In this document: positions 54,615 to 62,896 of the stretch, in pieces
How the letters are laid out: each line of letters starts with the position of its first letter
Numbering within the stretch: position 1 is the stretch's first letter
From: a virus
Virus record (IMG/VR): IMGVR_UViG_3300048672_000512
Coordinates: 64,001 to 128,000 of that record
Length of the DNA: 64,000 nucleotides
Strand: one strand, 5' to 3'
Translations under genes and position numbers: made by a program
The notes under the pieces: generated by a model
Told to the model about the DNA's origin: nothing
What the model saw: the letters and a program-made list of their open reading frames with translations, nothing else
Databases searched by the model: none

Positions 54615-55957
54615 ACTAAAGTTCCAGATTGAATTGTGGGAAGGTTAACGTGGAAGTCTTCTACCAGTCCGTTGTTGTAATTAACGTAGTTGATGGTAAC
54701 GTCAAGAGCCCCACTTTGAATTGTGGGAAGGTTAACGTGGAAGTCTTCTACCAGTCCGTTGTTGTAATTAACGTAGTTGATGGTAACGTCAAGAGCCCCA
54801 CTTTGAATTGTGGGAAGGTTAACGTGGAAGTCCTCAATAGGTACAGTGTAGGTTGGCGTTGCTGACGCAACCGTAAGCGTACCGCTGACAATTACTGGCA
54901 ATGCGATAGTAGCGTCATCTAACGGCAGCCCCCACAGTTGACCCGTCAGTGCACCGATAGACATTGAGAAGTCATCAATGTACGTGTATGGGTAAATTAC
55001 CGTGGTGAAATACTGAGAAGTCGGAGCTGGTATCGCTGGGCTTGTTATCGTTGGAGAAGCTACGCTTGTATCCGCGTCCACTTCAGTGGCTAAGTAATAG
55101 ACGTCATGCGTTCCTGAAGAGAGACTGCAGTACGTCAGGGACCATTCGCCAGTTCCATCAGTCAGTATCGTATCTATCAGCACGTTGTCAACGTAGACAC
55201 GAATCGTGGTAAACGGCGGTGCTACCTGAGATATGCTCAAACAGGCCTGAATTTCTGGAGCTACACCAGTGTAGACAACAGAAGCATTTGGAGCACCGTA
55301 CACCCAAGCTGCAGTTGTGTCTGTTGGCCGAGTACGTAGACTTGTATCCACATAAACAGAATTCAGAACAACCACATAAGGCGACACTGCTAGAAACAAA
55401 GACGTTAGGGCTGTTACTTCATCAGGAGTAAGATCTGAGGGGTAAGCTATAGATACATGGGATGTTGGATACCAAGTACCTCCAGAAGAAAAAACCGGCG
55501 TGCCAACTTCAGGAGCCTTGTAGCTGTAGAAGTTTGCGTAGTCCTCAGTCCACAGCGTGTGCACTTCCACATCTGTGTTCAAGACGTAACTCAGGAATCC
55601 TTGAATCTTGAAACTTCCCTTTGAATACCAGTAAACTGGCAGGACTTGGGTCAGCCGCTGAAGCTGCGCGTCCGTGAAGACGGAAGCATTCTCAAGAAGC
55701 AAGCCGCTCATTCGCAGCATTTTCAGGTTTGTCTCTCGGTCAAACCAGTCAACTTCTGAGCTTCGTATCAAGCTTGCATTTTGAACTTTAGCCTCTGCGG
55801 CGTCAGTCAATCTGAAGTTGTTACGCAACGCTGCTAGATCGCGTGTTGGCTTATCTACTGACGCTTGAAAGACAGTGTCTATAACGTCAATAAATTCTAA
55901 CCAAGCAGGTGACTGCAGATAGTCGGGGAGTATTAGTGAGCGCCCCATAAGCGTCAA
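54611..55957 (-). CDS. Baseplate wedge (gp7/P2 gpI-like) N-domain fused to an Ig-like domain and C-terminal repeats
   Basis: WYSKGS...FLSYVL..., LFLAVSPYVVVL; then PPFTTIRVYVD...TDGTGEWS...LSSGTHDVY (Big-type Ig); then 29-aa repeats. Confidence 0.6.
   Translation of the reverse strand: MTLMGRSLILPDYLQSPAWLEFIDVIDTVFQASVDKPTRDLAALRNNFRLTDAAEAKVQNASLIRSSEVDWFDRETNLKMLRMSGLLLENASVFTDAQLQRLTQVLPVYWYSKGSFKIQGFLSYVLNTDVEVHTLWTEDYANFYSYKAPEVGTPVFSSGGTWYPTSHVSIAYPSDLTPDEVTALTSLFLAVSPYVVVLNSVYVDTSLRTRPTDTTAAWVYGAPNASVVYTGVAPEIQACLSISQVAPPFTTIRVYVDNVLIDTILTDGTGEWSLTYCSLSSGTHDVYYLATEVDADTSVASPTITSPAIPAPTSQYFTTVIYPYTYIDDFSMSIGALTGQLWGLPLDDATIALPVIVSGTLTVASATPTYTVPIEDFHVNLPTIQSGALDVTINYVNYNNGLVEDFHVNLPTIQSGALDVTINYVNYNNGLVEDFHVNLPTIQSGTLV
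54629..54832. repeat. Perfect 87-bp tandem repeat, about 2.3 copies
   Basis: Unit starts at 54629, 54716 and 54803; encodes EDFHVNLPTIQSGALDVTINYVNYNNGLV. Confidence 0.95.
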
Positions 55958-57669
55958 GCCCTGCGTCCAGAACGCGAAGAGTAGTTTACAGCAATGCTTG
56001 TTGTTCCTTGAGCTATGTAGGAGACAGTAGTCTGATCCTGAGGCGGAATCGGAATGGTCGTTATGGTGGTGCCATCGTCGGTAAACGAAAGCGTGCTGCT
56101 ATCCAAAACTGCTATGACGTATAGCCCGTCGTTCTCGCTGCGACCGTAGACAAAGTAATTTGTCGCTCCAGCAACGGGCGTCCAGGATAGTTGAACGCTT
56201 GAACCTCCGGTTGCTACCGTCACTTCTGCAAACGAGTGTGCTGTGACAATGCCAGCTGTAATAGCAACGCCGATTCCGTAAACGTAGTTACCGGATGCAA
56301 GTGAGCCCGATGACAGTACAGTTGCAGTCGGAGCTGCTACAGCCTGAATAGAAGTTATGACATTGGTGCTAGGGCTTACTATCTCGAAGTATTCAACGCC
56401 AGAATCAGCAGACCGAATAGCGTAAGCAATGTCACTTGTGTACAGGTCATAGCCGATCAACCCGCGTCGTGCCACAAACAGGGCAGCAATGTTGTTCTGC
56501 ACTTTCTGCTGTATGGATGTGAGGTTTGCCCAGGAATAGCAATACACTTTCAGGTCAATGTTGACGGACACAGGTGCTGCGTCCTCAAGAAAGAAACGAG
56601 AAACATAGACCGCACGATCCTGCAGATAGTCAAGAAACGCTTGCTTCTTGGTTGCGTTCCAAGGCACTGACGTTAGTAGCACAACGCGTATCAGGTTCAT
56701 CCATGCCAGTGAATGCGGATTGACTTCGCGCTGCGAGTAGAAAGCGGCGTCTACAACCTCAGGATAAGAAAGAGCTACATCAAGATGCTGTTGCTTCGTT
56801 ACAGCAGAACTGAACGATCCAAAAGTCGGAGCACTTACGTTCTTGAAAACATAGGCCGGCGTTTCGTCTGTTCCACCCGTACATGCACTGGTGAAGGTAG
56901 CAGTCGTGTCAGGAAACGAAGTGCATGTAATGATCTTTCCTGCTGTAGAGACTTCATTACCTGCAGAGCCCAGTGTTACCGTGTACAGAATAGACAGTGA
57001 GTCCACAGTGCTAGGGCGCGTGCCAAGAATCGAAGTACCAAATTCTATAGCAAGTCTGCCGTCTGGAAGCGTGCGATCCTTGAATCCAGGCTTACCTCGC
57101 AGCGTCCAGATACCATCGGTTACCCTTGGAATCTGATTGCCGTTGAGGTAGACGATTACGTCAGTGTCACTTACAGCAAACGAGTATTCACGAGAAACGA
57201 ACCTGGCGTAGTCTTCACCAAGACCTGGAGTAACAACAACCAGAACTTCACCCTCATGAAGGGTAGCGGTAGTCGTCACGCCAGGCTGCAGAAACAGAGA
57301 CTCACGATTGAAAAACAGATTTCCGTTTGATTCAAATTGCGTGTACGCAGGGATGACAACTGCAGTCGTCGTAGTGAATGTTGCAACGGCCGAAGCTGGA
57401 AGCTTTCGTGGCAAGCGTATGCCTTGATAGTCTGCTAGCGCGTATGCTGCGTTATCTGAGATAACCGTGTCAGGAAAGCAATCCTGAACCGAACGGAGAA
57501 TTGCAACGCGGTCTGCAGTTCCAATAGCTGCAAAGATTTCAGCAAAGGCCTGAGCTGTCGGTGAAGAGAGGCTGCCTTCCCACAAACCACGCGAAGCAAG
57601 CTCTGTCTGAATTTGCTCAAGTATCTGATCATGGTCAGGAGCAAGGGACGATAGTTCAAGTGTTGCCAT
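55954..57669 (-). CDS. Baseplate wedge protein, T4 gp6/P2 gpJ-like, with Fn3-like insert
   Basis: FPDTV...AYALADYQG..LPRKLPA, GSAGN, TGGTDET, AVTKQQH; insert GNYVYG...VQLSWTPVAGATNYFVY...FTDDG. Confidence 0.8.
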   Translation of the reverse strand: MATLELSSLAPDHDQILEQIQTELASRGLWEGSLSSPTAQAFAEIFAAIGTADRVAILRSVQDCFPDTVISDNAAYALADYQGIRLPRKLPASAVATFTTTTAVVIPAYTQFESNGNLFFNRESLFLQPGVTTTATLHEGEVLVVVTPGLGEDYARFVSREYSFAVSDTDVIVYLNGNQIPRVTDGIWTLRGKPGFKDRTLPDGRLAIEFGTSILGTRPSTVDSLSILYTVTLGSAGNEVSTAGKIITCTSFPDTTATFTSACTGGTDETPAYVFKNVSAPTFGSFSSAVTKQQHLDVALSYPEVVDAAFYSQREVNPHSLAWMNLIRVVLLTSVPWNATKKQAFLDYLQDRAVYVSRFFLEDAAPVSVNIDLKVYCYSWANLTSIQQKVQNNIAALFVARRGLIGYDLYTSDIAYAIRSADSGVEYFEIVSPSTNVITSIQAVAAPTATVLSSGSLASGNYVYGIGVAITAGIVTAHSFAEVTVATGGSSVQLSWTPVAGATNYFVYGRSENDGLYVIAVLDSSTLSFTDDGTTITTIPIPPQDQTTVSYIAQGTTSIAVNYSSRSGRRA

Positions 57670-57678
57670 TGTTTACTC

Positions 57679-58788
57679 TCATGATTTATTGAAACCTATT
57701 GTAGGACTGAACAGTTCCAACTTTTCATAATAGTTCATGTCGTGGATATACACCACGCGTGAAGCTACCCGATAGTTGCCAGAGAAGGCTTCTTGCTTCT
57801 TGTTCTTGGAGTCTACAACGACTTCCAGCGTGTCTAGCAGCTTTAGGTTTGTGTGCATAGGAGTGACAAGCTCCATACGCATGTTGAACAATCCTGTCAG
57901 CCTGCGATTCTGATACAGGGCTTTCTCATAAAAGCTGTGTACGTTGCCAGAGTCCACTGCTGTGAAGTAGACGCGCCCACGAGCTACGCTGCTTACCACA
58001 GAATCGTTTACAAGAAGCTTTGTGCTCGCTGGCACAAAAACAGAAACGTCAGACAACGTCTGTTGCCCTTGAGTGAAGACACTCTGAGCTACTGCGCTTT
58101 CCTTATATCCAGAAAAATGGTTCGCGGATCCTGCAGTTGAAGCAGGAAGAAAATCGCTAGCTAGGTAGTATCCGGGTTTCGGATCACCCACAGAGAAACG
58201 CGCAATAGGCTCTGACTTCTCCATGACGTTTGAATACACAAGCGTAGCTGACAGGTCAAGGCCTAGCTGCATGCAACTATTCGTTGACTTGTACCCACGC
58301 TCTGCTAACATACGCGCCCACTCGTGGTTCTGATGATTTCCAGAATACCAGACTTGACTATCAGAGGTTGGCGTACCTGAATACTTCAAGCTGCAGGTAG
58401 AGGCTAGGTTTTGAAGCGCGTCGTTTGAAGTGCCATGAAACGGCTGCTTTGTGGTTGCACTCCAGTAAGCAGGTACATCCATGTACGCATCTAGTTCGTA
58501 CCGGTTACCACCTGGCGAAGACAGTCGATTGAATGAATTTAGACGGAACCTATAGGTGTCCGAGGCTTCAGAGGTTCCTACCGTAAGAGCAATCTTGGTT
58601 GCGTCTCCAAGAGTCCCCGAGTTTGGAAAGAAGTCCATGTTGTCATACAGCACCATGTGCAGCATGGGAACGCCAAGTTTGGTGCTGCATGACATGTGGA
58701 TGAAGTCAACTGCATTTGCATACTGGAATGGAAATTCCTTGTCGTCAAAATACAGCTTCAGACTGAGCTGGTTCTTTAACTCATACAT
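57679..58788 (-). CDS. Putative baseplate hub protein (gp27/gpD-like)
   Basis: Size and position between the gp53-like and gp6-like genes; C-terminal FSGNYRVASRVVY. Confidence 0.5.
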   Translation of the reverse strand: MYELKNQLSLKLYFDDKEFPFQYANAVDFIHMSCSTKLGVPMLHMVLYDNMDFFPNSGTLGDATKIALTVGTSEASDTYRFRLNSFNRLSSPGGNRYELDAYMDVPAYWSATTKQPFHGTSNDALQNLASTCSLKYSGTPTSDSQVWYSGNHQNHEWARMLAERGYKSTNSCMQLGLDLSATLVYSNVMEKSEPIARFSVGDPKPGYYLASDFLPASTAGSANHFSGYKESAVAQSVFTQGQQTLSDVSVFVPASTKLLVNDSVVSSVARGRVYFTAVDSGNVHSFYEKALYQNRRLTGLFNMRMELVTPMHTNLKLLDTLEVVVDSKNKKQEAFSGNYRVASRVVYIHDMNYYEKLELFSPTIGFNKS

Positions 58789-58791
58789 GAA

Positions 58792-59121
58792 TCAACCCAG
58801 AGTTACAACAGTACCATCTTGAGTGGAGAAGTTCAGAGCTGCAAGCAGGTCGCGCCTATCAGGAATGTTCAGAGTAGTGCCAGGGATAATATCAGCAAAC
58901 GGGTGCAGTGTGTTGTTGTAGAAAAGAATAACCCACCAGAGCGATTGATCGCCCAGGTAGGAATTTGCGATAGCAGGAAGGTTAGCTTCCATTGGTGAGG
59001 TAACCACCACTTTTCGCACAGTAGGAATGCGCTGCTTCAGGTTCTTGAAAGTTGAAGCAAAGATGTCAATAGCCAAACCGTCTTGGGTGACAGCTGCAAA
59101 GTTTGAAAGGTTGAATCTCAT
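58792..59121 (-). CDS. Baseplate wedge gp53/LysM-like (gpX) protein
   Basis: LPAIANSYLGDQSLWWVILFYN...PGTTLNIP. Confidence 0.75.
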   Translation of the reverse strand: MRFNLSNFAAVTQDGLAIDIFASTFKNLKQRIPTVRKVVVTSPMEANLPAIANSYLGDQSLWWVILFYNNTLHPFADIIPGTTLNIPDRRDLLAALNFSTQDGTVVTLG

Positions 59122-59124
59122 TTG

Positions 59125-60129
59125 TTATCCTTGCTGCGGACCAGTGTTACTAGAAGCCCCGATGATGTCGTTGATGTCCTGAGACGTAGGAACGAACATG
59201 GTTGAAAACGATACGCTTACCTGAACCTGCGAAGGTGTACCGTCTTCTGTTGTAAGCATCTTGAATTCTGGATCCACACTAGTAACGACAACGGAAGGGA
59301 ACCACTGAAAGCGGCCAATGCTTAAGGATATTTGACCATCCAGAGAGTCGCGTACCGCGTTTGGAAACTGCTTCAAGTCCGTAGTGCTCTTAGCCGTTGC
59401 TGCGTTTCCATCACCCGACTTCTGCACTGACTGTAATGCGCTAGAACCCCAGTTTGCGATTGCAGAGCCCGCTTGATCCGCATTCACATTTGTAAACGGA
59501 ACCTTGACATTGCTGCCAACGACATTCTTTGTGGTGACGTCTGTAGCCCTACCCGCACCTTGCAATGCGTTGCTACCGATTGCACCAGCAGAACCGATTG
59601 TCTGCTTTGTTGCTGCAGTCAGGTTCTTAGTCAGCTTGTCCCAATTGAATTGAGGACCAGGAGCCTGCATAAGGGAACCGGCACTGCTCTCATAGGGAAG
59701 AACCAACGTCATCAGTTGGCGCAATGGAATGATGACGTCTTCCATAGGAGAAGACTCGATGTTGAATATGAGAGGCAGCTGAAAGCTGATGTGACTGGAT
59801 CCACCCCATATCTGAGCCGTAAGAGACTTAGCCATCAGATCCATACCGAAGGCGTTAGCTACAGTTCTTCCAGAGACACCCTTTACATTCAAAAAGCTGT
59901 CTTGGAGTCCATACAACCCCTGAGATATAGAAGGTTCGTATTTAGTAGCTACGCTGAAACTGAATGTCTCAGGCAGGTCTGCCATGAGAGTGAATCCTTC
60001 TCGCTTATCGTTACCAAAGTGCGTAACCGAAGAAGCAATGATGCACACCTTGTAATTCGGATTACCACTACGAACCGAGTGCGAAACCTTTTCAGGTTTG
60101 AACCGATATTCCTTGTTGGTCAGCCCCAT
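59125..60129 (-). CDS. Putative tail tube initiator/baseplate cap (gp48/gp54-like)
   Basis: QIWGGSS..SF.LPL, QAPGP, LSIGRF...VVVTSV...P..V.VSVSF.T tube-fold pattern. Confidence 0.55.
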   Translation of the reverse strand: MGLTNKEYRFKPEKVSHSVRSGNPNYKVCIIASSVTHFGNDKREGFTLMADLPETFSFSVATKYEPSISQGLYGLQDSFLNVKGVSGRTVANAFGMDLMAKSLTAQIWGGSSHISFQLPLIFNIESSPMEDVIIPLRQLMTLVLPYESSAGSLMQAPGPQFNWDKLTKNLTAATKQTIGSAGAIGSNALQGAGRATDVTTKNVVGSNVKVPFTNVNADQAGSAIANWGSSALQSVQKSGDGNAATAKSTTDLKQFPNAVRDSLDGQISLSIGRFQWFPSVVVTSVDPEFKMLTTEDGTPSQVQVSVSFSTMFVPTSQDINDIIGASSNTGPQQG

Positions 60130-60138
60130 TGTTTACCT

Positions 60139-61230
60139 TTAGTGTATTGCCACAAGATGACCCGTGGACGTTTGAACTATGTCTTGAGGTTTCTTTTGAA
60201 CAGAAGTACTTGCCGGCAGTCTGCTGCTTGCAGGTTTACTCGATGCCGCTGTAGATGCTTGTGTCTTTTCAGAAGGTGCAGGCGTAGTCGGATTGTTGCT
60301 AACAAGTGCTGGCTGCGTTGTTGACTTAGCTATAACACTGGAGGCCGGTGCATAACTAGTCTTTAGTGCTTTACGGTTTGCGTCTATATACTGACCTACA
60401 GTTTCCGCCTTGCCGCCTATGTTGACGCTTATCGCGTACTGCGTATCTGCTGGCAGGTAGGAAATCTTGTAGTTTGAATCCGAGTCATAAGCGCGTATGA
60501 CGTTCAGCGTATTAGCTGAACCTATCTGATGTGACAGGTAAAGAAACACTGGATCGTTGGCATACTTGCTATCCACCCCTTTATTAATCAGGTACTTCTT
60601 GTTCTCGACAGCTAAGCGCATGGTAGCGTCAAGATTCTCTTCTGGATCAAAGCGGTTGCGCAGACCCATCGCTTTTGCTGTTCTAGCCGTGAACTGACCA
60701 AGACCAACAGCACCTGTGCTTGATATAGCGTTTGGATTGCCGCCAGACTCCACTGCAATTATTCGTAGCATGTCTTCTGGATTCAGACCGTACTGCTTTG
60801 CCTTTTCTCTAATACGCGATTCAAGACTTTCTGATATACCACCGCGACCAAAAGATCCTACAGTAACACCCGAGCTTTCAACCTGAGAAGCTGCCGCTAC
60901 TTCCTCAGAAGACAGTCGAACGTTACGCATGCGCACTTTTGATGGCACGTAGCTTTGTTCTCTGTTGCCTTTGATAGTTGGTGTTTGCGCTGAAGAGATA
61001 ACAGGTTCAATTTCATCCAGCAGGGGTTTCGATTCACCTTTGATGCTAGCTAGTATGTCAGAAAGCTTTATTTTTCTGACTGAATAAAGCAGAAATGCCC
61101 CGCCAGCTATTGCTGCAACGAGGCTAAGAAACTGCATCAGGCTGGAAGTCTTCAGCGGCTGCGAGACTTCCTCTATGTTTGCTACGTCTGCTTTTGACAG
61201 AAGTCTAGTTGAAGGTCGGAAGTCTCGCAT
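60139..61230 (-). CDS. Lytic transglycosylase (SLT/GH23) with N-terminal hydrophobic helix
   Basis: IIAVESGGNPNAISSTGAVGLGQF...RFDPEEN. Confidence 0.85.
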   Translation of the reverse strand: MRDFRPSTRLLSKADVANIEEVSQPLKTSSLMQFLSLVAAIAGGAFLLYSVRKIKLSDILASIKGESKPLLDEIEPVISSAQTPTIKGNREQSYVPSKVRMRNVRLSSEEVAAASQVESSGVTVGSFGRGGISESLESRIREKAKQYGLNPEDMLRIIAVESGGNPNAISSTGAVGLGQFTARTAKAMGLRNRFDPEENLDATMRLAVENKKYLINKGVDSKYANDPVFLYLSHQIGSANTLNVIRAYDSDSNYKISYLPADTQYAISVNIGGKAETVGQYIDANRKALKTSYAPASSVIAKSTTQPALVSNNPTTPAPSEKTQASTAASSKPASSRLPASTSVQKKPQDIVQTSTGHLVAIH

Positions 61231-61237
61231 TGTGGTT

Positions 61238-61636
61238 TCAGTTCACTACCGCCAAGTTGAAGTTGAATGTGTCTCGAAACTCAGTATTGACCGCACCGTA
61301 GTTGAGTTGAATTCGATACCCAGGAATCGACACATCTGGAGTCACAACGATGTCTCCGTTGGTAACTCGAATTCTAGGTTCTTGCGAACGAATGCAACTC
61401 AACATGCCAGCTGTAACCTGAAGTGCTGTAACTTCAGAGATTGGTTCACCGAGAGCTTCCAGAAGCTGACCACCCCACGTTGGATTGAAGCTTCGGCTTC
61501 GACATCCAGCGTAGGATACAAACAGGCACTTCAGGTTTGCTTTTATGGAATCAATGCCGGATATGGTGTCTGCCTTTCCGTCTTGCATGTAGAAAGGGTT
61601 GATATCCTTGAATAGTGTGCTTATGCTTATTGCCAT
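61238..61636 (-). CDS. Baseplate wedge gp25-like protein
   Basis: IKANLKCLF...RSFNPTWG...EP...EPRI.V. Confidence 0.8.
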   Translation of the reverse strand: MAISISTLFKDINPFYMQDGKADTISGIDSIKANLKCLFVSYAGCRSRSFNPTWGGQLLEALGEPISEVTALQVTAGMLSCIRSQEPRIRVTNGDIVVTPDVSIPGYRIQLNYGAVNTEFRDTFNFNLAVVN

Positions 61637-61639
61637 ATG

Positions 61640-62113
61640 TTAAGATAGTCCGTGTTTCTTCTTGTACCGAGCTGCCCAGGTAGCGGGGTTTTTGTCTTTT
61701 AGAAGCACCTCAGCATACTCGTAGGACTCGTCATCGTCTGCTATAGCTATAGTCTCTTCACCTGCTGGAAACCGATCTTTCTTTACATACATAGCATAGT
61801 TGAAACAAAAGTTGTCATCGCTAGCTATCAAAGGCTCACCTAGAGGGAATGGACGTTTAAGTATTTCGGAAGCATACTTGTATGCGTATTCAGCGTCCTT
61901 AGCAATTGCGGCTTCGCCAGCAGGGAAGGGTTTTCTTGAAACACTTGTAGCATACAAATATGCATAGTAGGTACTGTTAGCCCACAGACTTTCAAGTTTT
62001 CTCTTCTCTTCAGGCGTTCTTGCTGCTTCCCAGGCTATCTTTGGTATGCGCGTTTTGGCAGCTTCGTAACCATCAAGGGTTTCGGGGTGAGTGTGGAATT
62101 TGTATAAGTTCAT
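61640..62113 (-). CDS. Helical repeat protein (~25-aa FPxGExxIA...YA repeats)
   Basis: Three clear repeats plus one degenerate copy. Confidence 0.7.
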   Translation of the reverse strand: MNLYKFHTHPETLDGYEAAKTRIPKIAWEAARTPEEKRKLESLWANSTYYAYLYATSVSRKPFPAGEAAIAKDAEYAYKYASEILKRPFPLGEPLIASDDNFCFNYAMYVKKDRFPAGEETIAIADDDESYEYAEVLLKDKNPATWAARYKKKHGLS

Positions 62114-62125
62114 ACTATTTGCTGT

Positions 62126-62896
62126 TTAAGGAATCACAGGAGAAGTTGTACCTGGGCCACCTTGCACTCCACCGTGCGTATGTGTAGAACCGACGTTGAC
62201 ACCTGCCTGCTTCAAGATTCCAGTCACGCTTACGTTTCCGGTAGCAGTTGTGTTTCCAGTTATAGACACATTAGCGTTAGCGGTAACGTCCTGAGTAACC
62301 GTTAGCTTCTTATCTAACAGTGTGTCACCTGTCACTTCAGTGTTTGGCGTGTCAAGTGTTATCTTTGTGGTAGCTTTCAACTTTATGTTTGGAGCTTCCA
62401 TGTTTATATCCTTGACCGCCTTCACTTGCACGGTGCCATCCGCAAGTATTGTCAGCTCGGTTCCGCTCTTGTGCTTGAAGTAGACAGTCTCGGAGCCTTC
62501 TTTGTTGTCCACATAAAAAATGTTCCCGGACGGATCCACAAAGCCACGTCGGTCCGGATAGTTAGTTGCAAGAGGCTCCGGAACTGCAGTTGTTTCCAAA
62601 TGCACATAACCTTCAAATACTGGAAAGTGCACGTCACCGCCCTGAAAGGAAACAAGAAGCTTGCTTCCAATTGCTGGTACAGACACCGTAACGGCACTAT
62701 CCGTAACGCCAAAGGAGGAAGCTACTCTTGGAAGAATCCAAGGTAGGTCTTCAGCCTTCTCAGCATCAATCACATTAGGAATTCTAATACGGACACGCTG
62801 CTGTTTCTTCTTGTCGTTGTTGTCAACCACAGTTGCAAGAAACAGACCGTCGTAACTGGACGTCGCTAGCTGCCTTGAATTGTTGAATGCTGCCAT
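62126..62896 (-). CDS. Baseplate central spike (gp5/gpV-like), no lysozyme domain
   Basis: ATVVDNND..KQQRVRIRIP, LPWILP, VPAIGS OB fold; beta-helix; HTHGGV apex. Confidence 0.85.
   Translation of the reverse strand: MAAFNNSRQLATSSYDGLFLATVVDNNDKKKQQRVRIRIPNVIDAEKAEDLPWILPRVASSFGVTDSAVTVSVPAIGSKLLVSFQGGDVHFPVFEGYVHLETTAVPEPLATNYPDRRGFVDPSGNIFYVDNKEGSETVYFKHKSGTELTILADGTVQVKAVKDINMEAPNIKLKATTKITLDTPNTEVTGDTLLDKKLTVTQDVTANANVSITGNTTATGNVSVTGILKQAGVNVGSTHTHGGVQGGPGTTSPVIP

Noticed and set aside
54629-54832. 87-bp repeat as a CRISPR-like or other non-coding array
   Set aside because: The copies are contiguous with no spacers, are a multiple of 3 in length, and lie in frame within a CDS.
59473-60324. 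Long antisense ORFs (e.g. 59473-60324, 12962-13534, 46150-46689, 30488-31003, 10019-10543)
   Set aside because: They lie opposite confident genes and have no motifs or SD; they are best explained as shadow ORFs.
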